Assembly: GCA_963705305.1 (NCBI GenBank)
Contig: OY970067.1
Span: forward strand, 1,184,001-1,248,000
Reading direction: 5' to 3'
Source of the DNA: an uncultured Methylomirabilota bacterium
GTDB taxonomy: Bacteria; Methylomirabilota; Methylomirabilia; Methylomirabilales; 2-02-FULL-66-22
Length of the DNA: 64,000 bases
In this document: positions 36,470 through 46,568 of the stretch, piece by piece
Position numbering within the stretch: position 1 is the stretch's first letter
Layout of the letters: every line of letters begins with the position of its first letter
Notes under the pieces: model-generated
The model's database searches: none
Told to the model about the DNA's origin: nothing
The model's input: only the letters and a program-made list of their open reading frames with translations
Program-made: the position numbers and the translations under genes

Positions 36470-37435
36470 TCACCTAACTTCCCTTTTCTTACACTTGGCC
36501 CCGATGGCCCACACCACCCCCGCCATCCCCCGGGGATAGAACACCATCACCGTAACCAGTAGGGCACCATAAATGATCAGGCGGATTTCCATTAGAGATT
36601 TCAAATACTCAAACACGGGGATGACCAACATGGCCGCCCACAGCCCCCCCCACACGCTGCCTCTGCCGCCGATGACATTGAGTGCGATGATTTCGATCGT
36701 GTGTTGCGTGTCCATCACGTCCGGCGTCAAGATTCCAATGAAGTGGGCGTAGAAAGCGCCCAGCAGGCCGGCAAACGCACATGAAAGGGTGAAGGCGATC
36801 ATCTTATATCGCGTCGGATTCACCCCGGAGGCTCGGGCATACTCGACATCCATCCCGATCGCGCGGAATGCAAGGCCGACCCGCGACTCGATGATGGTCC
36901 TTATCACGATGTAGATCAGTATCGTCATCACCAGCAGTGTATAGAAGGGCGGAAGAATGGAATCGGACGTAAACATGGGGTTGACGAATAGCCCCCAGGC
37001 ACCCCGGGTCACCTTGACCATGACCAGGGTCAATGCCTGGAGCGCCAATGCGATGAACCATGCCATGATCGACACGTAGAGCCCGCGAAGCCGCATCGTC
37101 AAAACGCCGGTAAAGATCCCCAATAATCCGGACATGACCATGCCGGCCACCAACCCCACCCACGGGCTGATCCCGAATTGCGTGGTGAGAATTCCGGTCG
37201 TGTATGCCCCCAGACCAAAAAACGCCGCAAAGCCGAAATTCGAGATATTTATGAACCCAATGGTGAAGTCCGAAACCATTGCCTGCGCTCCGAAGAGCAT
37301 CCCTATCAGCGTCAGGTGACGGATATAATCGTCCCTGACCACAAAAGGAACCCCCGCCAGCAGGACAATTCCTAACAAAGGGAGCCCCAGCTGGCAGACG
37401 TATTCCTTTGGGCGGACCGACATGACCCTATGCAT
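36470..37435 (-). CDS. branched-chain amino acid type ABC permease (LivM-like)
   Basis: AFFGLGAY, RLRGLY, IGGRGS. Confidence 0.88.
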   Translation of the reverse strand: MHRVMSVRPKEYVCQLGLPLLGIVLLAGVPFVVRDDYIRHLTLIGMLFGAQAMVSDFTIGFINISNFGFAAFFGLGAYTTGILTTQFGISPWVGLVAGMVMSGLLGIFTGVLTMRLRGLYVSIMAWFIALALQALTLVMVKVTRGAWGLFVNPMFTSDSILPPFYTLLVMTILIYIVIRTIIESRVGLAFRAIGMDVEYARASGVNPTRYKMIAFTLSCAFAGLLGAFYAHFIGILTPDVMDTQHTIEIIALNVIGGRGSVWGGLWAAMLVIPVFEYLKSLMEIRLIIYGALLVTVMVFYPRGMAGVVWAIGAKCKKREVR

Positions 37436-37441
37436 TCCTTT

Positions 37442-38341
37442 CTACCTTTCCCATACACCCTTGACGGCGCTGCCGAATATTCCAGACGGTTTGACCACCA
37501 GGACCAGGATGAGGATAACCGCGCTTATTACCGCCGGCCACCCTTCCCCAATCAATTGAAAAGAGATCGCCTCGACCATTCCGACGATCAGCCCGCCAAC
37601 GATGGCTCCGCCCACGTTTCCGAAGCCGGCGAGCATCACGACGAGCCAGGCGTAGTTATTCGGTGCCGTCCCCATGTATGGGTAGGCAGGCGTGATAGAC
37701 AGCATGCTGGCACCCGCTATGCCTTCCATCATGCACGCGATCGCAAAGGAGAGCGTGAATATCCTCCCGATATTGATCCCGGCCAGCATGGCCCCACGCT
37801 CGTCCTGGCTGACCGCCCGGATCGCACGCCCAACGTTCGTGCGCCGGAGAAACAATTGCAGCCCGACAATCGACAGGACGGCAATCAGCAGGGCCACCAG
37901 CCGATCCACAGAAATTCCCACGCTTCCCAGCACGTTGATCGTTCCTCCCCAATACCAGCGAATCCCGCGATACGTCGGTTTCCATAGCACCACCGCCCCA
38001 TTCCGCAGGAGGAATGAAAGGCCGACCGTGAGCAGGAATGTGTTCAGGTACCAGTCTTCGCCCGCACGCCGACGCATGTAGCGAAAGGGCCCCATCTCGA
38101 TCAGCGCGCCCACCAGGAAGGTGCCGACCGCCGCCACAAAGATGGCCCCCAGGGGGCCCGTCCTGAAGGAGGTGAAGCTGAAGTAGGCGATGTATGCCCC
38201 GATCATGTACAGCTCACCGTTGATCATGGAGATAATGCTCATTACCCCCAAGAGGATGGACAAGCCGATGGCAACTAGCGAATACAACCCTCCTCGCAAG
38301 AGGCCTACAAGAAGCGTGTTCCATATTATCGGGAAACTCAT
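37442..38341 (-). CDS. branched-chain amino acid type ABC permease (LivH-like)
   Basis: YSLVAIGL, GE.YM.GAY, GRAIRAVSQD. Confidence 0.88.
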   Translation of the reverse strand: MSFPIIWNTLLVGLLRGGLYSLVAIGLSILLGVMSIISMINGELYMIGAYIAYFSFTSFRTGPLGAIFVAAVGTFLVGALIEMGPFRYMRRRAGEDWYLNTFLLTVGLSFLLRNGAVVLWKPTYRGIRWYWGGTINVLGSVGISVDRLVALLIAVLSIVGLQLFLRRTNVGRAIRAVSQDERGAMLAGINIGRIFTLSFAIACMMEGIAGASMLSITPAYPYMGTAPNNYAWLVVMLAGFGNVGGAIVGGLIVGMVEAISFQLIGEGWPAVISAVILILVLVVKPSGIFGSAVKGVWER

Positions 38342-38470
38342 GGCCTCACTCCTGATCTCACACTCCCTTTGTGTCGTCTTTCCGGAAGGTGCTCTCCCCG
38401 CACGCGCCGAAGGCCGCTGCGGCCCCTGAGAGCCTCCCCCGTCCCTCGATCTCCCTTTCGAGACTGCCCC

Positions 38471-39175
38471 TCATCTGCCGAGATATATCTCCTTGACGCG
38501 CTCGTTCTCGATCAGAACAGAAGCCTCGCCTTCCATGACAACCTCGCCGTGCTCGATGATGTAGCCGCGATTGGTGATTTCGAGGGCTTTTGCCAGATGC
38601 TGCTCCACAAGCAGGATCGTGATTCCGGTCTTGTTCAGCGCCATGAGGGCGTCGAACGTGGTCTGGGTCATTACCGGCGACAATCCCAAGGAGGGCTCGT
38701 CCACGAGGATGAGTTTGGGGTTCGACATGAGTCCGCGCCCGATGGCCAACATCTTGCGCTCGCCGCCGCTGAGGGTCCCGGCAAGCTGGTTTTGACGTTC
38801 TGCCAGTCTGCCAAAGAGGCTAAAGGCCTGCTCTACGGACTTCCTGACATGCGCCCGGTCGTGGACGGCATAGGCGCCGACCAGCAGATTGTCCTTGACG
38901 GTCATCTTTGGGAACAGATTCAGGTCCTCTGTGATATAGCTGATTCCCAGGCGATTGATCTTGTGCGGGGGGAGGCCGACAATCGATTGCCCGTTCAGCT
39001 TTATCTCGCCCTGTATGGGCTTCACCACGCCGGAAATGGAGCGGAGAGTCGTGGTCTTTCCGGCTCCATTCGGTCCAAGCAGCACAATGAACTCACCCTG
39101 CTCGACCCGCAGGGAGATATTCCATAACACCTGGAGATCGCCGTAACCAGCTTGCAGGCCGCGCACCTCAAGCAT
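38471..39175 (-). CDS. ABC ATP-binding protein (LivF-like)
   Basis: GPNGAGKT, LSGGE, DEPSLGL. Confidence 0.92.
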   Translation of the reverse strand: MLEVRGLQAGYGDLQVLWNISLRVEQGEFIVLLGPNGAGKTTTLRSISGVVKPIQGEIKLNGQSIVGLPPHKINRLGISYITEDLNLFPKMTVKDNLLVGAYAVHDRAHVRKSVEQAFSLFGRLAERQNQLAGTLSGGERKMLAIGRGLMSNPKLILVDEPSLGLSPVMTQTTFDALMALNKTGITILLVEQHLAKALEITNRGYIIEHGEVVMEGEASVLIENERVKEIYLGR

Positions 39176-39178
39176 CAG

Positions 39179-39928
39179 CTACCCCTTTGAATTGCCAAGG
39201 ATGGGGTCTCTTCGATACTCCTCGCCCAGATAGGCCTCGATGACACGGCGGTTGGTGCCGATTTCGTCCGGGGAGCCCTCCGCAACCTTTTCCCCGTACA
39301 CCAATACCGCCATGCGGTGGCAGATGTTCATGATCATCTTCATCAGGTGCTCAACAACGATGATCGTGATGCCGGTCCCGTTGATCTGCCGGACCAGCAT
39401 CATGAGGCCCTCTAATTCCTTAGGGGTCAAGCCGGAGGCCGGCTCATCCAGCAGCAGCAGGGATGGATGGGAGGCCAATGCTCGGGCGAGATCCAGGCGC
39501 TTCAGCTCTGCGGCGTTCAGCGTGTTGGCCGAGGTCTCCGGAGATTTCCTGAAATGGACCAATTCCAGGGCCTCTCTCGCCAGCTGCGCAGGTGCCTTGT
39601 CCGAGTGCTGGACTCCGAAGGTGGAGGCCACGAGGACGTTCTCCAGCACGCTCATTTTGTAAAACTTTCTCGGAACCTGAAAGGTTCGGGATATGCCGAT
39701 ATTACATATCTTCTCGGGGGTGAACCCCGTGATATTCTGACCCTGAAAGAGGATGTGCCCCTGATTTGGTTTGTAGACACCGGCGATCACATTCAGCAGG
39801 GTCGTCTTGCCTGCCCCGTTGGGTCCGATCAGACCAAAGACCTCGCCCTTGTTGACGGTCAACGACACCTTGTTGACCGCCGTGAGGCCCCCGAACGTCA
39901 CCGTGACATTTTCAGCCTGGAGGATCAT
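39179..39928 (-). CDS. ABC ATP-binding protein (LivG-like)
   Basis: FGGL.AV, GPNGAGKT, RTFQ, LDEPASG, EAYLG. Confidence 0.92.
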   Translation of the reverse strand: MILQAENVTVTFGGLTAVNKVSLTVNKGEVFGLIGPNGAGKTTLLNVIAGVYKPNQGHILFQGQNITGFTPEKICNIGISRTFQVPRKFYKMSVLENVLVASTFGVQHSDKAPAQLAREALELVHFRKSPETSANTLNAAELKRLDLARALASHPSLLLLDEPASGLTPKELEGLMMLVRQINGTGITIIVVEHLMKMIMNICHRMAVLVYGEKVAEGSPDEIGTNRRVIEAYLGEEYRRDPILGNSKG

Positions 39929-40428
39929 GCAGAACCTTCCCTCGGAAAGAGTGTCAACAGACCCTGGACCCGATGCTCAGCGGCCCCCTTGGCGCCCGGC
40001 CCGCACTCTGCGGTACGGAACAGCGCCGCCGGCTTGCTGTCGACCCTGCGAAGCCGAGAGCCAGTTATCTCCAACGCCGCGACGGAGCCGCCGCTATCCC
40101 CTCGTGCATTTCCTTCCATGCGTACTCACCGAGCCAGGATGCACGCCGTCAGGTTGATTTCGGCCCATTCGCCCGATCCGGCTTCTCTCTGCCGACTGTG
40201 GAGCGCCTCGACCGAGGCCCTCTGCCCGGCCACGGCCTGGAGCCCATCACCCGTCGACGGATCATGCGTGCCGGACGGTCGCCGGTCCTCCAGGGGACCC
40301 GCCGGACACCGTTGCCCCGGAGGCACCGGCGACCATCCTGCGCAACACCTCCCGCCCGGAGGCGCGAGGGCCTCCCGTCCCTGCCCTGACAACAGGCCCC
40401 TTCGCGCTTTCCGGAAGAGAGCGCCCCG

Positions 40429-41688
40429 CTACTTCTTGATCTTCAGATCTCCCTCTTTCAAGTAATCGGGCCAGATGATCGTCCCTTCGCCCTTGAAGTA
40501 CTGGACGACTGGATCCAGGTAATACCCTTCCCCAACGACCATCTCTGGTACCGAATCCCGATCCCACTTCAATTCCTTGTACCAGAGCCCCCCTTTGTAG
40601 GTCAGCTTGCCGGTGCTCACCTCGTCATTGCCGATTCTGAAGATCGAGTCGCTATCCAGCTTGCCATGGACCTGAAGGGCCCGCTTGCAGATCTCGATGA
40701 AGAAGTTGGCATAATCGTAGGAGATGGCGAGGCTGGCGCTGGGGCTGATATTGAACTTCTGCTTGAAGGCGTCGCGATAGGCAATCTGCTGCGGCGTGCG
40801 GAATTTCTGCATCATGTCGAGGATGTAGTCGCCCGCCGGGCCCGTCATCTGATACCACTCCCCGATCCAGCCCAGCCCGTGGCTAATCACCAGGCCCTTC
40901 AGGCCGACCTCGTTCACCTGCTTGATGATGCCGGTGGCGATCGCCGGCGCGCTCATGGAGATGAAGATCAGGGACGGTGACTGGGACTGGAGCTTCGAGA
41001 GAATCGGATAGACGTCCGTGGCGTTCAGCGGCACGTAGTCCTCGCCCACGAGCTCCCAGCCTTTGCTCTGAACCATCTTCTTGAAGGAGGCGCAGAAGTC
41101 TCTTCCGTAATCGGTGTCTTCGCACATCACGGAGAACTTCTTGTTGGCCGGCTTCCAGATGCCCTTTCCGATAGCCTCCTTGAAGAGGGCAATGTCATAC
41201 CCCACGATGAGCTTGGTCGGATTCGGCCGGCCCTTCCACTGGTGGTACGCATACTTGACCGGGTCCGACTTGTACTTGTTCACGATGACACTGGATTCGT
41301 TCTGCGGAAAGAAGTAGGGAATCTTGTACTGGGCAATGAGGTCCATCAGGGCAACCGTCACGGAGCTGTGGTAGCCGGACAGGGCCGCCTGGATCTTCTC
41401 TCTCAGGACCGCGTCCTTGAAGGCGCGGACGGCTTTCTCGGGGTCGGATTCGTCATCGATCCACACCGGCACAATCTTGTAATCCCCGATCTTCCACCCA
41501 ATCTTGTCAAAGGCCATGATGTGGATGTCTTTCAGCTCTTCCCCGACTCGCGCATTCGGTCCCGTGTATGGAGCCACAATCCCGATCTTCAGTGTCTTTT
41601 CGGCTGCTGTTGCCGACGCGCAGGATACCAGCACAGCCAATCCGACTAACAGCGTGATACACAAGAGAGATCTCCAGACGCTTTTCAT
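40429..41688 (-). CDS. Liv-type ABC substrate-binding protein
   Basis: signal peptide, LKIG..AP.TG, DDESDP, EDTDYG. Confidence 0.88.
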   Translation of the reverse strand: MKSVWRSLLCITLLVGLAVLVSCASATAAEKTLKIGIVAPYTGPNARVGEELKDIHIMAFDKIGWKIGDYKIVPVWIDDESDPEKAVRAFKDAVLREKIQAALSGYHSSVTVALMDLIAQYKIPYFFPQNESSVIVNKYKSDPVKYAYHQWKGRPNPTKLIVGYDIALFKEAIGKGIWKPANKKFSVMCEDTDYGRDFCASFKKMVQSKGWELVGEDYVPLNATDVYPILSKLQSQSPSLIFISMSAPAIATGIIKQVNEVGLKGLVISHGLGWIGEWYQMTGPAGDYILDMMQKFRTPQQIAYRDAFKQKFNISPSASLAISYDYANFFIEICKRALQVHGKLDSDSIFRIGNDEVSTGKLTYKGGLWYKELKWDRDSVPEMVVGEGYYLDPVVQYFKGEGTIIWPDYLKEGDLKIKK

Positions 41689-42535
41689 GACCCTGTCCTC
41701 CTTTTGTGTTGTCCCTGGACTGCTTTTCGGGGCAACTCTCCCTGACCGGCAACATGGCTCAATGCACCTGCACGCACCCACCACGCTCTATTGATCGGGG
41801 CGGCGCATTCTCGGCCCCACTGGGGGCCGAATCATGCGCCGATCGAGCTCGGCTGCAACATGTGGGATCTCCTTCAGGCGCCGCAGCCAGATTGACGGGT
41901 CGACGCCGGAGTGCCCGTGCGGGCATCCGATCCGGATGAGGTATGCGGGGCCGAAGGCAACGAGGAGGGAAGGCCGGCGCCGTCCGCAAAGCCGCCGGCC
42001 GTCCCGCCGCCCGGAGGGCGCGCCTCCTCATCGGAGGCGCCGACGGATCGGGCCGGCTGGCGAGTGGCTGTCGCAGAGCAATCGGTTCGAGAGTCGTGGC
42101 TGTCGTGGGATGCGTACGGGGGGGGCGCGGTGCATGCGGCCGAGGCGGAATCGCCGGGATCTCTCGACCGCCTCTTCCCAGGCGGCACCTCTTTCCAAGA
42201 CGCGCCGGCACTCCCCGGACCGGCCACAGGTCCGCCGGCGGAATGCGTCCGCCGCAACCGATCCCGGGAGGGAAGGGGCCGGGGCGCTTCGCGGTCACTG
42301 CGATTAACCGGAGAACGCCTTTGCTGCTGTTCATACATCTCACCGCCAGGTCGGGCACAGACAATTGCACCGCGTCCGCATTCGTACGCGACTCGATTAC
42401 GCGGGAGTCCGGTTAATTACTTCCGATCGTCGCTTATGTGAGCGTCATTCACCTCCGACGAAATGCTGCTTCACCTCCGAGTCCCACTCCTCGCACGTGC
42501 GCCGCCCTCACGCTGGGAGGCGGCCATCTGGGGGA

Positions 42536-43663
42536 CTACCGATACCTGTTGGCAAATTCCTTGAACTTGCTGCTCAGCTCCTTGCTGCGCTCTTCGCTCT
42601 CGCTGAGCTTCATCACCTTGCATTCGTAACCGATCATCTCCCTCATGATGCCGACTGCATTCTCGGTAAAGTGCGCCGTCCCGTCCTGATCGATCCTCTC
42701 GATGCCATCGAAGCGCTGCCCTTCCTCGTTAATCTGGATGGCCTTCTCGAGGGTCAAATTCGCGGGAAGAACCACCTTTCCTCCCTTCCCGTCAACGCTC
42801 ACAGGGTACCCTCCAGGCAATCCCGCAGGGCCCGGAGCATGCATGAAGCCGCCCGTGTCGTCTGCCATGGCCAAGATGATGCTTGCGGCGGAGGAGGCCG
42901 TCAGAATTTGCCCATCCCTGCCGCCGGGCCGACGGAATCGGGTTGGAATGTCCTTGAACACCTCATCCACATTGATGTCTTTCGTGACATCCCGTCCGTC
43001 CACCACCGCGCTCAGGTGGTAGGGCGCGCCGCCGGATGTTCCAAAGCGCGGGATATAGTGGCTGACATAGTGCTGGGCAACGAACGATACCGTCACGTCC
43101 TTCAGGGGCCTTCCCAGCCTATAGGCGATCGACGCCCTGATGGCCGGGACGGGGTTGGCCACGTTCCCGATTCCGATGGCGGGTGCGAGACCGACCTTCC
43201 CAAGGATCGGATTCACCCCATCGGGGAAGGCGGAGTTGATCACGCGGATGTCGAGGCCCGAGGCCTTGACCGCCTGCATCAATTTGTAGACGAGCGTCAA
43301 CTGGAGGGGAAGCCAGGGGCCAAAGCGGGCCTTGTCCAGGCGCTCGAACACCTCTTTCGGCAGCGAATTGATCACCCACCATGCCTGCTGGCTCACCGCG
43401 CTATAGATGATTTCGGGCTTGTACTTGCGGATCGTCTCTGTTGCCTGATCCAGGTTGAAGAGATCGATCTTGGTAAATTCGACTTCCGGATAAAAGCCCA
43501 TCTGGCTTGCGCCGTACATCGCAATGTTGGTCTTCCGGTACCCCCAGTCCTCATTCGTGTCGGCTGTGATGATTCGTCGAGGTCCCGGGGTTCGGACCAG
43601 CATTTCGAGAACATGGCCCCCTAGATCGCCCACCCCGACCATCATGATTATTGTGCGTCCCAT
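42536..43663 (-). CDS. uncharacterised NAD(P)-binding Rossmann protein
   Basis: N-terminal VGVGDLG plus D at the end of beta-2; INSAFPDGVN; HAPGPAGLPGGYPV; strong coding pattern. Confidence 0.7.
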   Translation of the reverse strand: MGRTIIMMVGVGDLGGHVLEMLVRTPGPRRIITADTNEDWGYRKTNIAMYGASQMGFYPEVEFTKIDLFNLDQATETIRKYKPEIIYSAVSQQAWWVINSLPKEVFERLDKARFGPWLPLQLTLVYKLMQAVKASGLDIRVINSAFPDGVNPILGKVGLAPAIGIGNVANPVPAIRASIAYRLGRPLKDVTVSFVAQHYVSHYIPRFGTSGGAPYHLSAVVDGRDVTKDINVDEVFKDIPTRFRRPGGRDGQILTASSAASIILAMADDTGGFMHAPGPAGLPGGYPVSVDGKGGKVVLPANLTLEKAIQINEEGQRFDGIERIDQDGTAHFTENAVGIMREMIGYECKVMKLSESEERSKELSSKFKEFANRYR

Positions 43664-43987
43664 GCCTTTCTCCTTTCCATGCTACCAGGTGATCCCGTCG
43701 AGGAGCCTGACATCAGCCCACAAGTGGAAGAGCGTTCCGCGCCCAGCCGGCCTCCCAGACAGGAGCCGCACCGACCGCAGAAGATCCGGCCCCCTGCCCG
43801 CTCCCTGGGCCGGGGGATTCGAAGGCACAGCCACACCCCTGACAGGTGTCAGCGTTGGATGGCGCGCCGGCCGCCCTGAAGGGAGGAGGATTCACGCGGG
43901 GAGCAACCGCATCCGTGTCTCTGGTCTGTATGCGTCAATCGACGGATCTCGAATCCCGGCGCGTCCGTCTCACCCGGCAGCCGAACC

Positions 43988-44716
43988 TCAGTTCAACTTC
44001 TTCACGTCTGCGGCGTACTTCCCGGAGAGTTCCGCAAATGCTCCCGGCTGCGCCTTGACTGCGATGAGAGGCTCGAGGACCTTGCCCTTTATCGTATCGG
44101 CCATGGTCTGCACGTGGCTCCTCAACAACTCCCCCGCTGTCTTGCCGTCTCTCCTCTTGAGGGCTTCCAATATTTCTTCCGCCTCCTTGAATTGATCCAG
44201 CACTTCCTCTTTCGTGAGAACCCAGTAATACCAAAAGCGGGCGCACACACCGTGAAGCTCGTAAAGCGTCTCTTTCAGCTTCTCGTTATGGGTTGCTTCG
44301 TACAAGGTGTCATGAAAATCAAATTCGCACTGCGTCAGGGCCTTTATGATTTCGGAGGCGTCGGCACCCTTTCCGAGCTCCTTCACCTTGTCCAGTATCT
44401 CTGTCAGCGAGTCGAGCTGGTCCTTCGTGATTCTCTGGGCCGCCAGTGACCCCGTCAATTCTTCGAGGGTCAATCGGATTTCAATCACCTGCCCGAAGAG
44501 GCGAAGATCAATTGGCGTTACGAACGTTCCGGAGCGCGGGAATCTTTGGATCAGGCCGTCCCGCTGCAAGTTGATGAAGATCTCTCTGAGCGGGGACCTG
44601 CCAATTTGGTATTCCTTCAGGAGCTCCTTTTCGTTCAACAGCTCTCCGGGCCGTAGGTCATGGGTGATGATCCGGAATCGAAGGCTGCGATAGACTTTGT
44701 CTTTTTGATCTTTCAT
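43988..44716 (-). CDS. GntR family (FCD) transcriptional regulator
   Basis: LRPGE.L.E, RSPLRE, PRSGTFV, FH..LY. Confidence 0.9.
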   Translation of the reverse strand: MKDQKDKVYRSLRFRIITHDLRPGELLNEKELLKEYQIGRSPLREIFINLQRDGLIQRFPRSGTFVTPIDLRLFGQVIEIRLTLEELTGSLAAQRITKDQLDSLTEILDKVKELGKGADASEIIKALTQCEFDFHDTLYEATHNEKLKETLYELHGVCARFWYYWVLTKEEVLDQFKEAEEILEALKRRDGKTAGELLRSHVQTMADTIKGKVLEPLIAVKAQPGAFAELSGKYAADVKKLN

Positions 44717-44771
44717 AGATCCACCAGGCCACGGCGCGGCATCGCGGGAACGGCCACGTCCGCCGACCGGG

Positions 44772-45554
44772 CTAGCCAGCCAGTATCGCCTCCAGGTCAT
44801 CCACCGTGAAGTAGGCTGCGGGATGGGCAGCCGAGCGGTTGGCCAGCACCCGGCAGACCTCGTCGCCCGGATCGCCCAAGCAGGTCAGGACGATGGCCGC
44901 CCCGGAGAAATCCTCCTCCCGGGTGAAGCCGCTCACGGTCACCACGCACTTCATGCCCGCGCTGGCGGCGGATTCGACCCCATTGCTCGAATCCTCCACC
45001 ACCACGCACTGGGCCGGCGGGATGCCCAGCCGCTGAGCGGCCAGCAGATAGATGTCGGGCGCCGGTTTCTTGGCCTTCACACAATCGCCGGCCAAAACAC
45101 AGGCAAATCGTCCGGCCGTTTCTTCCCCCATCGCGTGGCGCAGCACCGCCTCGACCGACTCCTGCGCAGATGTCGAGGCCACCGCCAGCGTCCACCCGCG
45201 GCCGAGCGCCTCCCTGGAGAGTCGCCTGACGCCGGACCGCGGGGGGATCTTTCCGGAACCGATGATCTCCTTGTAGATGGCGGATTTCCGCTTGTGCCAT
45301 GCCGCCACCATCTCCTTCTGTTCCTCCGGCGCCGAGGGAGCCGCTGGATACGCCTTCAAGAACTCGGGCTCGCGGAACAGAACCGACATCCGCTCCTTGC
45401 CCCCGCCGATCTTGAGCTTCCGCCCATACTCTTCCGCGGACCACTCCCAGGGTACGCCCATCTCTTTCCACATCTGGTTGAAGGCCGGGAGGTGGCCGTG
45501 CCGCTCGGTGTCGGCCAGTACGCCGTCGCAGTCGAAAATGAGCGCCCTCTTCAT
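44772..45554 (-). CDS. HAD-IA hydrolase, CbbY-like sugar-phosphate phosphatase
   Basis: FDCDGVLADTE..GH, GGGKERM, KKPAPDIY, VEDS. Confidence 0.9.
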   Translation of the reverse strand: MKRALIFDCDGVLADTERHGHLPAFNQMWKEMGVPWEWSAEEYGRKLKIGGGKERMSVLFREPEFLKAYPAAPSAPEEQKEMVAAWHKRKSAIYKEIIGSGKIPPRSGVRRLSREALGRGWTLAVASTSAQESVEAVLRHAMGEETAGRFACVLAGDCVKAKKPAPDIYLLAAQRLGIPPAQCVVVEDSSNGVESAASAGMKCVVTVSGFTREEDFSGAAIVLTCLGDPGDEVCRVLANRSAAHPAAYFTVDDLEAILAG

Positions 45555-46405
45555 GCCGCCTTTCCCTCGCTGCCAAAGGTCCTCATGAACTCCGTCACCT
45601 TGGCCACCAGGCTCTTCTTCACCGCCGCCAGCAGTTTGGATGGATCGTACTCGGTCGGCTTCTCGGTCAGGTAGTCCTTGAAGCTGTCGGCAAAGGTGAT
45701 CTTCAATTGCGTCGAGATGTTGACCTTCGGGGCCCCGCGCCGGATCAGTTCCCGGAACGTCTCGTCCGATAGGCCGGTTCCCCCGTGAACCACCAGGGGA
45801 ATCGGCTCCGCCGCGACGATTTCCGAAACGCGGTTGAAGTTGATTTTCGGCGTCCCCTTGTAGAGGCCATGCGCCGTCCCGATGGCCGGGGCGAAGCTGT
45901 CGATCCGGGTCTCTCGGATGAAGGCCACGGCTTTGTCCAGGGCCACGACCGCGCTGCCGTACTCGTCTCCAACGCCGTCCTCCACGCCTTTGACCGCTTC
46001 CAGCTCCCCCTCCACGGCGACACCCCGCCTGTGGGCCAGCTCCACCAACGCTTTGGTCTGCGCCATGTTATCTTCGTACGTCAGCTTGGAGGCGTCGAAG
46101 AGGACGGAATTCCAGCCGGTCTCAATGCACTGCATGATGACACTCTGGTCGGGACAATGATCGAGGTGGAGAGTGGTTGGTATGGGGACCTTGCCCGCCA
46201 TTTCGGTGAACATCAGCTGGATCAGCTTTGCGCCCATCACCTTCACAGTCTTGACGGAGACCTGGACGATGACCGGGGACTTGGTTTCGGCGGCGGCAGT
46301 GAGAACCGCATCCATGGTCACCCAATCGACGATATTAAAGGCGCCCACCCCGTACCGCTTGCCGAAAGCGTCCTTTAAGATTGCCTGCATCGGGACAACT
46401 GGCAT
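45551..46405 (-). CDS. class II fructose/tagatose-bisphosphate aldolase
   Basis: GAFN, LHLDH, VEGEL, AIGTAHG, VHGGTG, KVNIST. Confidence 0.92.
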   Translation of the reverse strand: MPVVPMQAILKDAFGKRYGVGAFNIVDWVTMDAVLTAAAETKSPVIVQVSVKTVKVMGAKLIQLMFTEMAGKVPIPTTLHLDHCPDQSVIMQCIETGWNSVLFDASKLTYEDNMAQTKALVELAHRRGVAVEGELEAVKGVEDGVGDEYGSAVVALDKAVAFIRETRIDSFAPAIGTAHGLYKGTPKINFNRVSEIVAAEPIPLVVHGGTGLSDETFRELIRRGAPKVNISTQLKITFADSFKDYLTEKPTEYDPSKLLAAVKKSLVAKVTEFMRTFGSEGKAA

Positions 46406-46483
46406 AACGCGCCCTCCTCATGTTCGGCCTGACCTTCAGCCGAGCACTTGCCAACACTGCCTCCGATTCGTGTTCGCTTCCAT

Positions 46484-46568
46484 CTGATATATCAGTAGTT
46501 ACATTCTACTTGACTATAAGCATACCAATAATTTCTCAGTAAGATATCATTAGTTTAATAGGTGTCAA
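46484..46568 (-). promoter_or_regulatory. sigma70 promoter with downstream palindromic operator
   Basis: minus strand TTGACA(46568)-16 bp-TATCTT with extended TG; perfect palindrome CTGATATATCAG at 46484-46495. Confidence 0.6.

Noticed and set aside
38380..38470. glycine-riboswitch-like words (GCCGAAGG, CTCTCAGG)
   Set aside because: wrong order and strand, and located inside an operon
42303..42417. 10-bp inverted repeat ATTAACCGGA/TCCGGTTAAT
   Set aside because: short, 95 bp apart, no other support; could be chance
44772..46405. Calvin cycle inferred from the CbbY-like HAD and aldolase
   Set aside because: no RuBisCO or phosphoribulokinase nearby
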